The notes under the pieces: model-generated | The model's database searches: none | What the model was told of the DNA's origin: nothing | Seen by the model: only the letters and a program-made list of their open reading frames with translations | Assembly: GCA_002104905.1 (NCBI GenBank) | Contig: MCFE01000684.1 | Location: 1-45,951 of the forward strand | DNA length: 45,951 bases | Direction of reading: 5' to 3' | Source of the DNA: Basidiobolus meristosporus CBS 931.73 | Taxonomy: Eukaryota > Fungi > Basidiobolomycota | Part shown: one piece after another, positions 1 to 14,462 of the stretch | Position numbering within the stretch: the first letter of the stretch is position 1 | Layout: each line of letters begins with the position of its first letter | Position numbers and translations under genes: made by a program

Positions 1-262
1 TGTTTAACGTAAGCATGATTGACATCTGAAATGGTGCCCACCTCCAAGCCCCAATGGTGGAATCTCCATGAATCAACAGGAAATTATGTCATACGGCTAC
101 GTAATTTACCACCCTGCCAAATCTCAAATAGTATTCGTAATCTCTTCATCAGATCCACGCCAGGTTCACTTTTTTTGAAATTCAGAAAAGCATACGTCCG
201 GCCACTACTTATTCTCTTGTTATCTTCTCTTCTTGTGTTATTTTATTCGACTTCTTCACAAA

Positions 263-3200
263 ATGGTAAACCCAACTATGCAACTCGGAAAAGTGATCCC
301 CTCCCCACATGGCTGACTGGTTTGTTTGCTTTGCTAGAGTAATATGGATGTTGATAAGTCCGAGACCACCATCGACGAAGGACTATACTCCAGACAATTG
401 TACTTTCTTCTTATCATCTATTCTCTCTTGTAGCATAATCTAACTTTTCTGACGTAGGTATGTCTTGGGACATGAAGCCATGGCTAAGATGAGCAGCGCT
501 AATGTGCTTCTTGTTGGTCTCAAGGGCCTGGGTGTTGAAATAGGTACGCAGGTGCTTTAAACAAGCCTTGTCCCTGTTTACGTTTCCGCTAACCTATTGT
601 GTCACATTTCCAGCTAAAAACGTTGTATTGGCCGGTGTCAAGAGTGTGACCCTATATGACCCTGAACCAGTCGAGATCTCCGACCTGTCTGCACAATTTT
701 TCCTCACCGAGGAAGATATTGGTAAAGGTAGAGCTGAAGCTTGCGTTCAGCGCCTTGCTGAGCTCAACCAATATGTCCCTGTCAGTGTTCTTGACGGTGA
801 ACTCACCACCGACAAATTAAGCCAGTTCAAGGTATGGTGTTCTTGGTTTTCGACAGTTCGTTCACTGTTGGCTGACATCAATTGTTCTAGGTTGTCGTTC
901 TTACTGAAGTTCCCTTGGAGCGTCAGCTTGAGATCAATGACTTCACTCACAAAAATGGAATCTACTCTATTGTTGCCGATGTTCGCGGTTTATTCGGGTA
1001 GGTTGTTGTCGCGCGAGCTTAATGTCTTCTGTGCCAACTGACCATTCCGATTGTTTATCTAGTATGGCCTTCTGTGACTTCGGAGAGGGCTTCGTCGTCA
1101 ATGATGCTACCGGCGAGAACCCACACACCTCAATGATTGCCGCCGTTTCAAAGGATGCTGAGGGTGTTGTGACTTGTCTTGACGAATCCAGACACGGCCT
1201 TGAGGATGGAGATTACGTTACATTCACTGAAATCAAGGGAATGGAGGAGCTCAATGGCTGCGAGCCTCAAAAGGTCAAGGTATTGGGGCCCTATACCTTC
1301 AGCATCGGAGACACCTCTGGATTCAGCGACTACGTCAGCGGCGGTGTCTTCACTCAAGTTAAAATGCCCAAGATCTTGAACTTCGTAAGTATTGCTAAGC
1401 GTTGTTATGCCCTGGGCGCTCTCTAACCTCATTGCTGGTAGAAATCGCTACGCGAGTCTCTTAAGGGATCTGAATTCTTGATCACTGACTTCGCCAAGTT
1501 TGACAAGCCTGCTCAGCTCCACGTTGGTTTCCAAGCCCTTAACGCCTTCCAGACCAAGCATTCGCAGCTTCCAAAGCCCAGGGATGAGGCCGATGCTAAC
1601 GAGGTCTTGCAGCTTGCTAATGAGATCAACAGCAAAGCTGAGGAAAAGACCGAGCTTTCCGACGAGTACATAAAGGAGGTTGCATACCAAGCCAAGGGCT
1701 ACCTGTCCCCCATGTGCGCCTTTTTGGGTGGTGTGGTTGCCCAAGAGGTGTTGAAAGCCTGCAGTGGAAAGTTCCACCCTATTTATCAATACCTCTATTT
1801 CGATTCGTTGGAGTCTCTCCCAACAAGCACCAAGTTGAACGCCGAAGAGTGCAAGCCTATTGGCTCTCGTTATGATGGACAAATCGCCGTATTTGGCCGT
1901 GAGTTCCAAGAGAAGATCGCCAACGTCAAGCAGTTCCTCGTTGGTGCCGGCGCCATTGGTTGCGAGATGCTCAAGAACTGGGGCATGATGGGTTTGGCCA
2001 CTGGCCACAATGGTGTTATCCATCTCACCGACATGGATACCATTGAGAAGAGTAATTTGAACAGACAGTTCTTATTCCGCTCTTCTGATGTAGGCCAGCT
2101 CAAGTCTGAAACTGCCACCAGAGCCATCGTCAAGATGAACCCCGACATCGCTGGAAAGATCGTCTCCCACCAAGACCGTATTGGTGTCGAGACCGAGAAC
2201 ATCTACAACGATAGCTTCTTCGAGTCGTTGGATGGTGTTACCAACGCTCTTGATAACGTGGAGACTCGTAAATACATGGACAGACGTTGCGTGTTGTTCA
2301 GAAAACCCCTCCTGGAATCTGGTACTCTTGGCACCAAGGGCAACACCCAGGTTGTCATTCCCTTCTTGACCGAGTCGTACTCTTCTTCCCAAGATCCTCC
2401 AGAGAAGTCGATCCCCATCTGTACATTGAAAAATTTCCCCAATGCCATTGAGCATACCATTCAATGGGCCCGTGATCTGTTTGAGGGTCTCTTCAAGCAA
2501 CAACCTGAGAACACCAACCTGTATCTTTCCCAATCCAACTACATTGAGCAATTGTTGAAGCAAGGAGGCAGCCAAAAGGATGTTCTTGATGGTATCACTA
2601 GCTGTCTAGTGACCGCCAAGCCAAGCTCTTTCCAAGATTGCGTTGCTTGGGCCAGATTGCAATTTGAGGAGCTTTATCACAACAACATCATGCAATTGCT
2701 CTTCAACTTCCCCAAGGACTCCGTCACCTCTACTGGTACCCTCTTCTGGTCTGGACCTAAGCGCGCCCCTACCGTCCTCAACTTTGACACCGAGGACAAA
2801 TTGCACATGGATTTCGTCATCGCCGGAGCCAACCTTCGTGCTTTCATTTTCGGCATCCCCGCTGAGACCGACGCCCGAAAGATTCGCGAGATGGTTGCCA
2901 ATGTCATGGTTCCCGAGTTCTCCCCACGTCAAGGAGTCAAGATCCAGGTCAATGAAAACGAGAACGACAGCTCAGCACAAAACACCGACGAGGCCGAGCT
3001 TGAGCAAACCATCAAATCCTTCCCCAAGCCAGAGAGCTTGGGTGGCTTGAGACTGAACCCAGTAGACTTCGAGAAGGACGATGATACCAACTTCCACATA
3101 GATTTCATTACCGCCGCCTCCAACCTCAGAGCCACTAATTATAATATCAATCTTGCTGACCGTCACAAGACCAAGTTCATCGCTGGCAAGATCATCCCCG

Positions 3201-3685
3201 CCATTGCGACCACCACCGCTCTGATCACAGGTCTGGTGTGTCTGGAATTGTACAAGATCATCGATGGCAAGACCAAGCTTGAAGACTACAAGAACGGCTT
3301 CGTGAATCTGGCCCTTCCATTCTTTGGGTTCTCCGAGCCCATCGCCGCCCCCAAATTCAAGTACCACGAGACCGAGTTCACCCTATGGGACCGGTTCGAC
3401 ATCAAGGGCGATATCACACTCCAAGAGTTCATCGATTACTTCCAGAAGACCCACGGGCTTGAGGTGACCATGGTCTCCTGCGGTGTGTCTATGCTCTACA
3501 GCTTCTTCATGCCCAAGAAGAAGCTTGACGAGCGCAAGAACATGAAGTTCTCCAAGCTGGTGGAAACCGTCTCCAGAAAGGAAATCCCAAGCCACGTTCA
3601 AGCATTGATTGTCGAGATCTGCGTGAACGACCGCGATGGAGAAGATGTTGAAGTGCCATATGTTCGTATCCAAATCCGCGATTAG
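263..3685 (+). CDS. UBA1: Ubiquitin-activating enzyme E1, multi-exon
   Basis: Spliced reading M|[21 protein letters not shown]|YVLGHEAM...LKGLGVEI|[14 protein letters not shown] 1478-3685 carries [31 protein letters not shown], the catalytic PICTLKNFP and a C-terminal UFD (EVPYVRIQI). The ATG-only first exon at 263-265 is inferred from GT..AG. Confidence 0.96.
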
Positions 3686-3795
3686 TTCTCATCTCAACAG
3701 ATCCCTAGAGAGCCCGGTGGGGAGGGGGAGGGGGTCAGCCTCTCACCTAGCCACACTAATTTTCTTCCGAATGAAATTGGAATATCTCTTGTCCA

Positions 3796-3815
3796 AGTCG
3801 AGTCGAGTCGAGTCG
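3796..3815. repeat. (AGTCG)4 microsatellite downstream of UBA1
   Basis: Four exact pentamer copies read directly. Confidence 0.9.
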
Positions 3816-4906
3816 CCAAATCCTTCGTATTAAATTAAAAGCCATAATAGCAATTGTGATCACTAGTCTTCTAACCAGATATGGTTCGCACCTTGGGTGC
3901 AAGGTTGTATGTGTCGTGGGCGCAGGGGTTTCGATCCGACGAAAGCGCGGCCCAGAGGTAACGTAGAATACGGGATGCACAGTGCAGCATAGAGGTTTCC
4001 ATCTTGGATGATCCCTGCTGGCTGAAGAGGTCAGGGGTGGAGCAAGAATGTAGGCCCAGGATGTTGATTCTGGCAGTCATGTACGGCCTACGACCAGCCA
4101 TTTTCTCCTTGATCACGATAATAACCAGTGATATGCAACAGCTCTCGGAGGGAATATGACCATGCGATCTTTTATTTCTCATACGTTGGATTGACAGCAG
4201 CTCTATTGCATCATATGAGCAACACAAATCTATCCTGTATGGTAGTTATCTGAACAGCCAAATCTAGCTAGTTTGCCAGACGCAGGTTCATGCATCTTCC
4301 ACTTCATATAAGCCCAAGGTCCATGCAAGTAATTAAGAAGGAAATTCCCGTTTTAAGAAAGTAACACACTTCGGCCTTGCGAGTTCTCTAATCCTGGCCT
4401 GAGGGCAGTCGCAGCCTTTGAACGCGAGAAGGCGAGCACCCAGCTACACGGGATACGGAGGGATTCCCGTGCTGCTGCTAAGCCTCTTCCCCTCCCCATT
4501 GTTACGCTGAGTTTGTTGGTGCTGCTTGGCCCGCATCGTTGATTAGAAAGGATCAGGTAATCGAATCCTCCCGGAGGAATAAGGAAGGCAGGCTATTTTC
4601 CCGATTGTATCACAAAATAGCTCAAGCATAGCGGGGAGCAGGTTGCAGCAATAGTTCAGGCGTGGTAGGCAATTTGTTTGTGTATAAACTAGCTGTAAGC
4701 TGATGTGCGAGTTTACATCCCCGGTTTCCTGTTTCAAGGTATCGGATTTCCTGAACCTTTATAAAGGAAAATACCTCGATGCCATTCAATCTGTTATCCG
4801 TATCCACACAGTTCCCAGCTGATTGCAGACAACTCACAGGACTAATAGGCTGTCCGTTCATTTGATATCGTATCAACAACGTTGCCCAGTAGCATCAGTG
4901 GGCAGT

Positions 4907-5461
4907 ATGGATCCATCCAACACTGCTTCGGTATCCCGCAATATATACACCTGGACCAGAGGACACTACTTCATCAGTACGGACCCTAGAGAGCTTGACC
5001 TGGACTTCGTGTACAAATACATCACCTCCTTGAACGAGAGCAATGAGCCCTTGTGCAGGACAAACTTCAAGCGGATTCTCAATTTTTCTTTGTGCTTTGG
5101 CCTGTTCGTCACACTGCCCCAGGAGTACGGCAGTCAAGGGATGCCGGCTGTCTTCCAGATCGGGTTCGCACGAGTTGCCACCGATTATATTCGCCTAGCG
5201 TATCTTTGCAATATCCATGTCTCGCAAGCCTACGAAGGATACTCTCTTCAGGAGTGGCTGATGGAGATCGTGTTGAGCTATCCAGAGCTTCAGTCTATCC
5301 ACTGGGTGGTTCGCACAAGTGATATAATGGAAGGTCGAATGCGACCCTCCCAGAAACGAGATACAAGCTCAATTGGTGAGCAGCTCCTGTATCTGATAGA
5401 GAATACCCGGAAAAGACCAAAGCTGGCGCATGACATGGCTAGCATTGTCACAGATGGATGA
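4907..5461 (+). CDS. GNAT-family N-acetyltransferase-like protein, intronless
   Basis: ISTDPRELDLDFV...SLCFGLF...QIGFARVATDY...AYLCNIHV...WLMEIVLSYPEL matches a widespread bacterial/fungal GNAT subfamily pattern. The start is taken at the first ATG. Confidence 0.75.
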   Translation: MDPSNTASVSRNIYTWTRGHYFISTDPRELDLDFVYKYITSLNESNEPLCRTNFKRILNFSLCFGLFVTLPQEYGSQGMPAVFQIGFARVATDYIRLAYLCNIHVSQAYEGYSLQEWLMEIVLSYPELQSIHWVVRTSDIMEGRMRPSQKRDTSSIGEQLLYLIENTRKRPKLAHDMASIVTDG

Positions 5462-7469
5462 CCATCTCTATAGTTCGGTGGCAAGCACTAGCAAGGTCGA
5501 GATATGCTGCCAATCCTGTGGCTACGAATGCGCAGGGTGTGAAATGTGATCATTGTACTCATTCTGTGCGCTGGTTGGACGCTCAATGGAAGTGTAATAA
5601 TGTGACTCAAGTTTGTTGGCATTTCCCATGGTCCAGAGTGGCGGGGGCGGGAATTTAATCGGGTGATATTTATATATATCGGGTCTTAGCACACATGCAC
5701 TTGTAGAGCATACCGGCCAAAATTTCGAGAATAAACGGAACGTTGTAGCCGTAGGAGCAAAATGTGCTGTCCATCTGAGCCATTGACTGTGATAGGGAGC
5801 TCGGCATTTTGCATCCAGCATGCACACACCGTAGCGATATTGATGTCACGGAACACCAGGCTCGCCAATGGCTGGCCACAGTCCGCGGGCTAGATTGTAG
5901 AATTCCTCGATTCCTGCACGGTGTTCTAATCCCGATGACATGGTAGTGCTCAACAATGGCCAAAGGGCTCGGCGAATGATAGCCAGCCTCGACTCTGAAA
6001 TGTATCTGGTCCTTCTCCAGCACAACTGTGGACACATCCCATTTGCACAGAGCAATGGTGCATTGCTGGCTAATTATAGCGTGCTTCTGATCACTCGGAG
6101 GAAAACCAAGCGAATAAACAGCATTGCTGACCAGTGTGGAAATACCGCGCTGTCGGCAGCCAACCCAAACCTGATTTGCTCATGATCTGCGAATTGGCAC
6201 CAGAGCAGAGGCTCAACTGTCACCAGCTGATCAGAGATTACAGCCATGATAGCCTGATCTCTGCCGCTCCTCAATCTCTGCGCATCCCCATCGTGATGGA
6301 CAAGCCAGCGGGCGAATGGCGGTGCCCCATCGAATATTAGCCTCAAGGGCAGAAACACCGCTCATCTGGCCTCCAGTCAACTCCTGTTCAAAGGTGGAAT
6401 CCTGCGATCCAGTGATTGGAATGATCAGCATTGAAAACACCTGCATCATGTGAATGAACCTTACGGCACATGCATGGTATCATCCCCACCGATGTATGCG
6501 TATCCCATGGTGAAACACCGTCGTTTACAAATCATTCTCCCAGCAGAGGATATGTGTAACCCACCTACCTTTGCAACACCAGGACTCGGCCTCTACGCTT
6601 GGAGCCCATCTAAACAAGTTTCTAAAGCACATAATTTCCTGATCGCAACAGCACCAATACACAACCAATACTGCCTGCTCCGTACTGGTTTTCATCAACA
6701 ACCAACTGGCTCAGCGGCAAGCAATCTGTCCAATGGGACCACACGCACAGAGTACATATCCATGTTGTATCGGTTGCATTCAATCCTGAATGCTGCTTCT
6801 ATCGCGCAGTATCCTATTTGTTGGCGGCCCGCTGAGAACACTCAAACGAGGTACTGACACATAAGCAGTGCGCTCTTCGCGCCGGGGGTGGTGTGGGTTG
6901 ATTTAATGAATCGATTGCAATCTTCAGCATGATGCCACCCAAACCAAACCTTATGTGCGTGCAATCGTACAAATGTAACCAGAAACAATCACTTTGCACG
7001 GAATCATTATTCATCCCGCCTAATTACAAATCACTCTGCTCCTTTCCTCTGCACCTGCCTTATTTTTTTCTCTTTTTCCCAATTTTTTTCTCAACTGGAA
7101 TCATCTCGATATTATCACCGCACAATCAAATCACCTGACCCTCATTCGATCTGGTGATTTCGACGCATTGTATCAGCCAACTATCAACTACTTGACATTC
7201 ATCTCCGTATCTATTATCCTCTCTTCATCGTATTTCCTGCCCACCCATCACCACTTCCTCCTAAATAAGCTTCGCCACTCTCGCCCTTCCGTCACGAAAC
7301 CCAAGCCTCATCCCACACTGCAGAGAGTCAACGTAAAGGCCAGCACTTTTAGTACAGCTTGCCTCCCCCAAACCATCCACTCTTCGTATTGCTGGTACCA
7401 GTTGAAGCACGCTTCCTGACCTTTTGCTAGTTGGCTGTGACCCAAGTTCCCCCTCCTCCTCTGCACACC

Positions 7470-8831
7470 ATGAGAGAGTCCAACTTTTCTTTCCCCAACC
7501 AAAACAGAGCCTGTGTTACGATAACCTCGGCTCTTTACGACCGGCGTGCCCTTGATTGTACCGCCGTCCTGCCGCTGATCAACTCGCTGTCTCATCTGAT
7601 ATACCTAACCAGCACTTCCCCGAGGATAAGAGAGATCATGACCAAAGATGGCGGCCTAGAGCGCTTGATTCGTATTTTAAAAACGACCAGGATTGATGAC
7701 AAACGGATGGCCTGGATATGGTCGATGGCCATCCAATGCGTGGTGAATGTCGGTGTCAGGGGAACCGAGACCATCCGTTGTCGTGTGGTGGATGCCGGTA
7801 TGGTTGAAGTCGTCATTCATATACTGAAGCATTTCCTCAAAGCACTTGAGAAAGTGAAGACCGAGAAGGACAAGGAGATTTACACTTTAACCGGCTCCCG
7901 AGTGAGTGAAGGGGCCTACGAGACTAGTGCATCCGCCCCCTCCATAGACACTAATACATCGCCCCAAATCGAAGACCCATCCCAACAAGCCGCCGCTCAA
8001 CACCCGGATCTGATGAGAAGAGGCGAGTCCAATAACCTGTCCATGGTCAGTCGTAGCCTGCCGTCATTACGCCGCACCCTGGGTTCTCAACAGCTTCAAA
8101 ATGGTGAGGACGTTACTGCTGGTTTCCCCTCACTTTTGATACAGCCTACTAATATATCTGCGACGGGTATTCCAGATATGGAGACGATTCCAAACAATGG
8201 TAATTCCCAGCCATCCTCACCTGCACCCGCAACCTACCAACGCCAAGCCAACAACGGCGCCGCAGATCTGACCCTTCCGCTGGAACACACCGCGTCTGAA
8301 GGGGTCACCATCCCCTCCAACTCGATCAGCCATTCCTCAGACGCCACGGAGGAGGTGCTGTACAGAGAGGAAGACATCCTTCTCTCGCTCCAACTGCTGG
8401 CATATGTATCCAAATACCCACATCTTCGCCAGCGACTTCACACCGAATTCGAGTGCAATCTTTTCGGCCTGGTGGAGAGGTTTACCAGCCGAGGACACAC
8501 CGCAGAGATCCAGTGCTGGGCGTCGATCATCATGCGAAACGCATGCCGTAAGGATGAGTCCCGTGGAGGAATCCGACAGTGTGCCAACATGGCCTGCGGC
8601 AAGTGGGAGAAATACCCCAGAGAGTTCTCGAAGTGCAGAAGATGCCGAAAGGCCAAGTATTGTTCCAAGGCTTGCCAGTCCAAGGCGTGGTCGGACGGAC
8701 ATCGTTACTGGTGCGTCGAGAGGCACTCTGAGCCGGGTACCAGCACAAGCACGGCCCCTCAACCTCAGCCCCAGGAGCTTTCCATACTCCAGCAAAACGT
8801 CGGACCCACCCCCACCCCCATGATTCCGTGA
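7470..8831 (+). CDS. MUB1: MYND-type zinc finger protein samB/Mub1
   Basis: N-terminus MRESNFSFPNQNRACVTITSALYDRRALDCT and C-terminal MYND finger CANMACGKWE...KCRRCRKAKYCSKACQSKAW...HRYWC. Confidence 0.9.
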   Translation: MRESNFSFPNQNRACVTITSALYDRRALDCTAVLPLINSLSHLIYLTSTSPRIREIMTKDGGLERLIRILKTTRIDDKRMAWIWSMAIQCVVNVGVRGTETIRCRVVDAGMVEVVIHILKHFLKALEKVKTEKDKEIYTLTGSRVSEGAYETSASAPSIDTNTSPQIEDPSQQAAAQHPDLMRRGESNNLSMVSRSLPSLRRTLGSQQLQNGEDVTAGFPSLLIQPTNISATGIPDMETIPNNGNSQPSSPAPATYQRQANNGAADLTLPLEHTASEGVTIPSNSISHSSDATEEVLYREEDILLSLQLLAYVSKYPHLRQRLHTEFECNLFGLVERFTSRGHTAEIQCWASIIMRNACRKDESRGGIRQCANMACGKWEKYPREFSKCRRCRKAKYCSKACQSKAWSDGHRYWCVERHSEPGTSTSTAPQPQPQELSILQQNVGPTPTPMIP

Positions 8832-10237
8832 GCCGGCCATTTCCAAGTATACATGGAGACAGTTTCGCTGAATGTGAGAGCACCTATAGTTTATTTCTTC
8901 TTATTGTAAACAACCATGTACAACATTGATTTTCTTCAAGTCCCAACGTCACCTTAGTCTTCTTTCGTATAGAAACCTCCCGGTTTAATTTAAGCTTTTC
9001 TGGCATTTGAATTGGTTCGCCTTGAACTACCTTTAGTCACCTCCCACTCTCTCCCCTCCCACTCCATCATCATCATCACCACCCTTGTCTGATTGACCAC
9101 CAAATCATGGTCCTTGTGATTTTCGCTTCTGAAGCAGTCGAATTGAACCCTAGTCACTTGTTGATACTTCACATACCACACTTCCATCTAAACTCTGCTC
9201 CCCCTTTCCCCTCATTATTTATCCAACCGAGCCATTTCCATGACTTGAGTGCAACCGGGGTGACGTTGATTTGTTGAATCCACTCAGTGGGGTGTACTAC
9301 AAAGCAGGTGGTGTAGAGCGGAAGTCATACCCCTCCTGCCGAACGCAATTATTGTTACCTATTAATTTCTCCCCTCGTAACCCTGAGATTCACCCCTCAT
9401 GCGATAAACCCCTCATGATCTAATAATTCAACAAGGTTACCATTTACTGGACACCGGGGGACAGGTTTCGTTCCCACCAGATATATTGCTCTCTACTCTA
9501 GTTGGGATCAGGGGGGCCGGAGGAGTCGAGTCCACCTCTTGCAATCAGCGCGGGGCATCCACGCTGAAAGTGGGTCTAAGGGAGTTTCTCCGGGCAACGC
9601 GTCCCAAATGCATGGAATACGCACACCGGCATTCAACGTGGATGCTTGGCCATGGGGAGTTGGCCTTGGATTCGTATGCAAGGGCTGTAGCAAGCCATCA
9701 CCACTCACCCAGAGGTGGGGTCTCCATGGAGATACCGTAGGTATTTGTAGCGTTCAAGCGACCATTGCAAATCCGAGGGAGTCCGGTCCATGGCCAGTGC
9801 TTTTCGAAGGCGGGCCATGAGCGAAGATTGGCGCTTGGGTTGGATCGTAGGCGATTTTTCATTAGGCGCGCACCGATGCACCGTCCCTCACATGCTACAA
9901 GAAGGTCGGTGGTTGCTGCATGCAAGAGGCCGGCCGTTTTTGTCAAGATAACAATGTGCTTGATGGGCAGGAATGGGATCGTTTATTCGTAACAGAGTTT
10001 GCTGAATCACCATGCGATGAAGGTAACGGTGGCCTACAAATTACCTCCACTGCATATTGATCGATAATCATTGTATCACGGAAGACCTACATCCCCGTTG
10101 GGGAACTGGAGTCGACGAGCTGGACACGTGCGGGGGAGTAGAGGGGAATGGAAGTGAAGTGAACTGGTTCAAATGAAGATGGTGCTTTATCTATATTTCA
10201 ATTTGGCATGCATGGATGGGCCGAGCGGAAGCAGACG

Positions 10238-11703
<1,466 letters not shown>

Positions 11704-12628
11704 CTTAAAGGCAGCGCTTCCAAGCAACGGGCGGTAGTCGAGTGTAGAAAAGGTAGGGAGAAGGATTAATCAACAAGGCCAATCACTTCAAAGGCACACA
11801 AACTGGAGGCGCAAAATGAGTATCCATGGACAAAACCCATCGCCTTTTATACGGGCTGTGGAATCACCTGAGTTGGTGTGCCTACCCCAAACGTAGTAAT
11901 ATCTTCCCACCTGCATATTCCAAGGTGGCAGTCACTCCATAGATCGCATCCAAAATGGGCCTTCACTGTTGAGTAAATGCCATTGAAATCCGGAGAATCG
12001 CCATGATTACTTCTGGAATGATTCCATACGAGCCGTCGGTAGATCCAATCGAATGCGTCCTCGACAAAAATCGGAAATGAGGGTTTTGCGTGGTATTGCT
12101 CATCGTGAGACACGACTTTGGATGTATTGGTCTGATTGGCATTCAGCATGACTAAGGATGAGCAAACCATGGTAATCTCCGATCCCAATCACGGAAATTA
12201 ATCCAAGCACACCAGGTGGTAAGCACCGACGACTATGTTTGTATCTGTTAGGGATCGATCCTGGATGCCGCATACTTTGGCCGCCCTTGAAAATGGAGAT
12301 CCTCTTGTGCGCCTGTTCTGGCGCCCAGACGTTGGACCCCATGAGTGCCAGCAAAGGCTCCCCTTATAGAAAGCTCTCACGAGCGACCTGCTTGTACTCA
12401 GATTTGCCTGTTGCCATGATGAATGTAGCCAATGTAGGAGCTTGACATGGGACGGCTTGCTCCCACGACTCTTTATTTTCATTGTTGCCCCTTCCCGGCC
12501 AGCAGGAAGGTGAGCGAGAAAACGAAACAAAAACGTGTAAGATTTGTTCGGAACAGATAGCAAAGATCAGTCAATGATCGCTTTTCAAGTCAACGATATG
12601 TCTCTGGACAGCGTAGGAGGGACAACAC

Positions 12629-13393
12629 CTAATTGTCGCCGTCCCCGGAGTCGTCCTTTTTCTTGCTCTTCTTCTTCTCTTTTTTCCCATCCGAGCCGTT
12701 CTTTTTTTTGTCTTTCTTGCCCTTGTCTTTACCGGAGGAATCGCTATCGTTGCTGCCACTGGTCAGGTCGGAGGTTTCCTTGGATGTACCGCCGCTTGCT
12801 GCGCCAGTAGCCGTGGGTGGATCGAGGGTTACATCCAACGGAAACCCTGATGAAGTGGCACTGGGTGCAGGGTTTCCGGATGGCTGAGGCTGAGGCTGAG
12901 GCTGAGCTTGAGGTGGGTAATATGGTGGATATTGTGGATTGTAGGGTGGGTAGTACGGTGCCTGTGGTGGGTAATTTGTACTGGGCGGCATGGATGGCTG
13001 AGGCGGGTAGTATCCGTATGGAGGCATCTGAGGCATAGACTGTGGTGGGTAACTTCCACCAGAGGGCATGGGCGGTTGAGGTCCGGCGTTGGGAATCTGC
13101 GTAGGATAACTGGGCTGAGCAGTAACGGGCGCTTGTTGACCACCCGTGGTGGCCATCGGGCCAGGAGGGCCCCCAGGCTTGGTGAAAAGCCAGCCTAGAT
13201 TATCCCCACTGTCACTACTGCCCTTGTCATCGCTACTACCACCGTCGCTGGAGTCCTTCTTGGATTTCTCCTTTTTCAGATTCATCACTGGGCCACTCGA
13301 TAGAGAGCCAGTCGAATCGACGGGATAACTCGAGCTCCTCTCCAGGAATACCAAGGAGAGCAGGGCTAGGAGGATACATAAGAGTCGGTGCAT
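12629..13393 (-). CDS. Putative secreted low-complexity Pro/Tyr/Gln-rich protein
   Basis: 254-aa ORF with a hydrophobic signal-like start (MHRLLCILLALLSLVFLERSSS), YYPPQ/PQPQPQ repeats and Lys/Asp/Ser-rich ends. Confidence 0.7.
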   Translation of the reverse strand: MHRLLCILLALLSLVFLERSSSYPVDSTGSLSSGPVMNLKKEKSKKDSSDGGSSDDKGSSDSGDNLGWLFTKPGGPPGPMATTGGQQAPVTAQPSYPTQIPNAGPQPPMPSGGSYPPQSMPQMPPYGYYPPQPSMPPSTNYPPQAPYYPPYNPQYPPYYPPQAQPQPQPQPSGNPAPSATSSGFPLDVTLDPPTATGAASGGTSKETSDLTSGSNDSDSSGKDKGKKDKKKNGSDGKKEKKKSKKKDDSGDGDN

Positions 13394-14462
13394 TTGTGGG
13401 TCTGTTACTGCTGAATGAATGCCCTCTCGTCTCCATCCACGCCGGGCTTATATACATGCTGCATTCCCAGCTCAGGCATAGCTAGACTAGTCAAGATCCC
13501 ATGAGACAATGATTGGGACGTTGGTCGTTTACGAGCGTCGCTAATTTCTCGAAATTTTCGTCTCGCCAATCCGAGCCGGCGTCCCATTAAATTCCAATTG
13601 ATTCCAGGCCCGCTCGAAACCAATAGGTTTGATTTTCTCATTTCGTCTGGCTCGTCGAGCAGCTCCAATTTGCCCATTCCACCCTCGCAAACTATTGCCC
13701 TCCGTGAAAATATCGATTGGCAACCACCGAAGGCAGTCCAGGAGTATAACATTTATTTCAGATCAAATGCGGATCTGCTCCCACACATGGCTATTGGATG
13801 AACTACGCCCCAGGGCATGATTGGTCACTGGCGAGTGGGAGTTGGTGATGATGCTTGCCACCCACCCACCCACTTATCCCACAACAAGCTTGATGGAGGC
13901 TCCGCTGCGCTACATGAGTGCCACCCTGGTGTTGACACCCCCGGGCGTGCCTCAATCGTCAAACAGCACTCGGTGCAGCGATGTACCCGCCAAACAACAA
14001 AACGCTCGCTGCTCTACGTAGCCGGTACGACCAACCCTCATTGGTGGTTGACCGTGGTTGGGTGGAGCCTTCAATATCTCCTGAGTGGAAAATTCAATTT
14101 CGGAGCTAAAACTTTGTTTACCACCCGCCCACCAAGAGTGCAATGTGTATATCTGACGATTGGCCGATTTATTCAACGAGGTTTGAAATCCCAACGCCTT
14201 GGGCCAATGACCGCGAGATGAAGAATCTACATCGGCCCTGGGACCTATCGCCCAAACATAACAATCCCCAAAATTAGCTAGAGACAAGGTTCCAAAATCA
14301 AGAAAAGCAACAAAGTATTTGCATAGCCAACACCACCAAACTGACACTCGTGTACCTACATCAACAAACATCTATCGGGTCTCATGACAGCAAGAAAATC
14401 CTATTCTATGATACAACTATTCGCACTAGCGCGAACCGGCGGGGACGTTGGTTGATCAGCCC

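Noticed and set aside
1148-3673. Many antisense and alternate-frame ORFs over UBA1 and other genes
   Set aside because: They are shadow ORFs caused by codon bias in GC-rich coding sequence.
3750-4880. Short minus-strand ORFs between UBA1 and the GNAT
   Set aside because: No recognisable motifs or consistent splice model.
5500-7400. Overlapping 60-135 aa ORFs upstream of samB/MUB1
   Set aside because: No domain signature; compatible with chance ORFs in promoter or UTR DNA.
12884-12906. (GGCTGA)n tandem repeat
   Set aside because: It simply encodes the PQPQPQ tract of the secreted protein.
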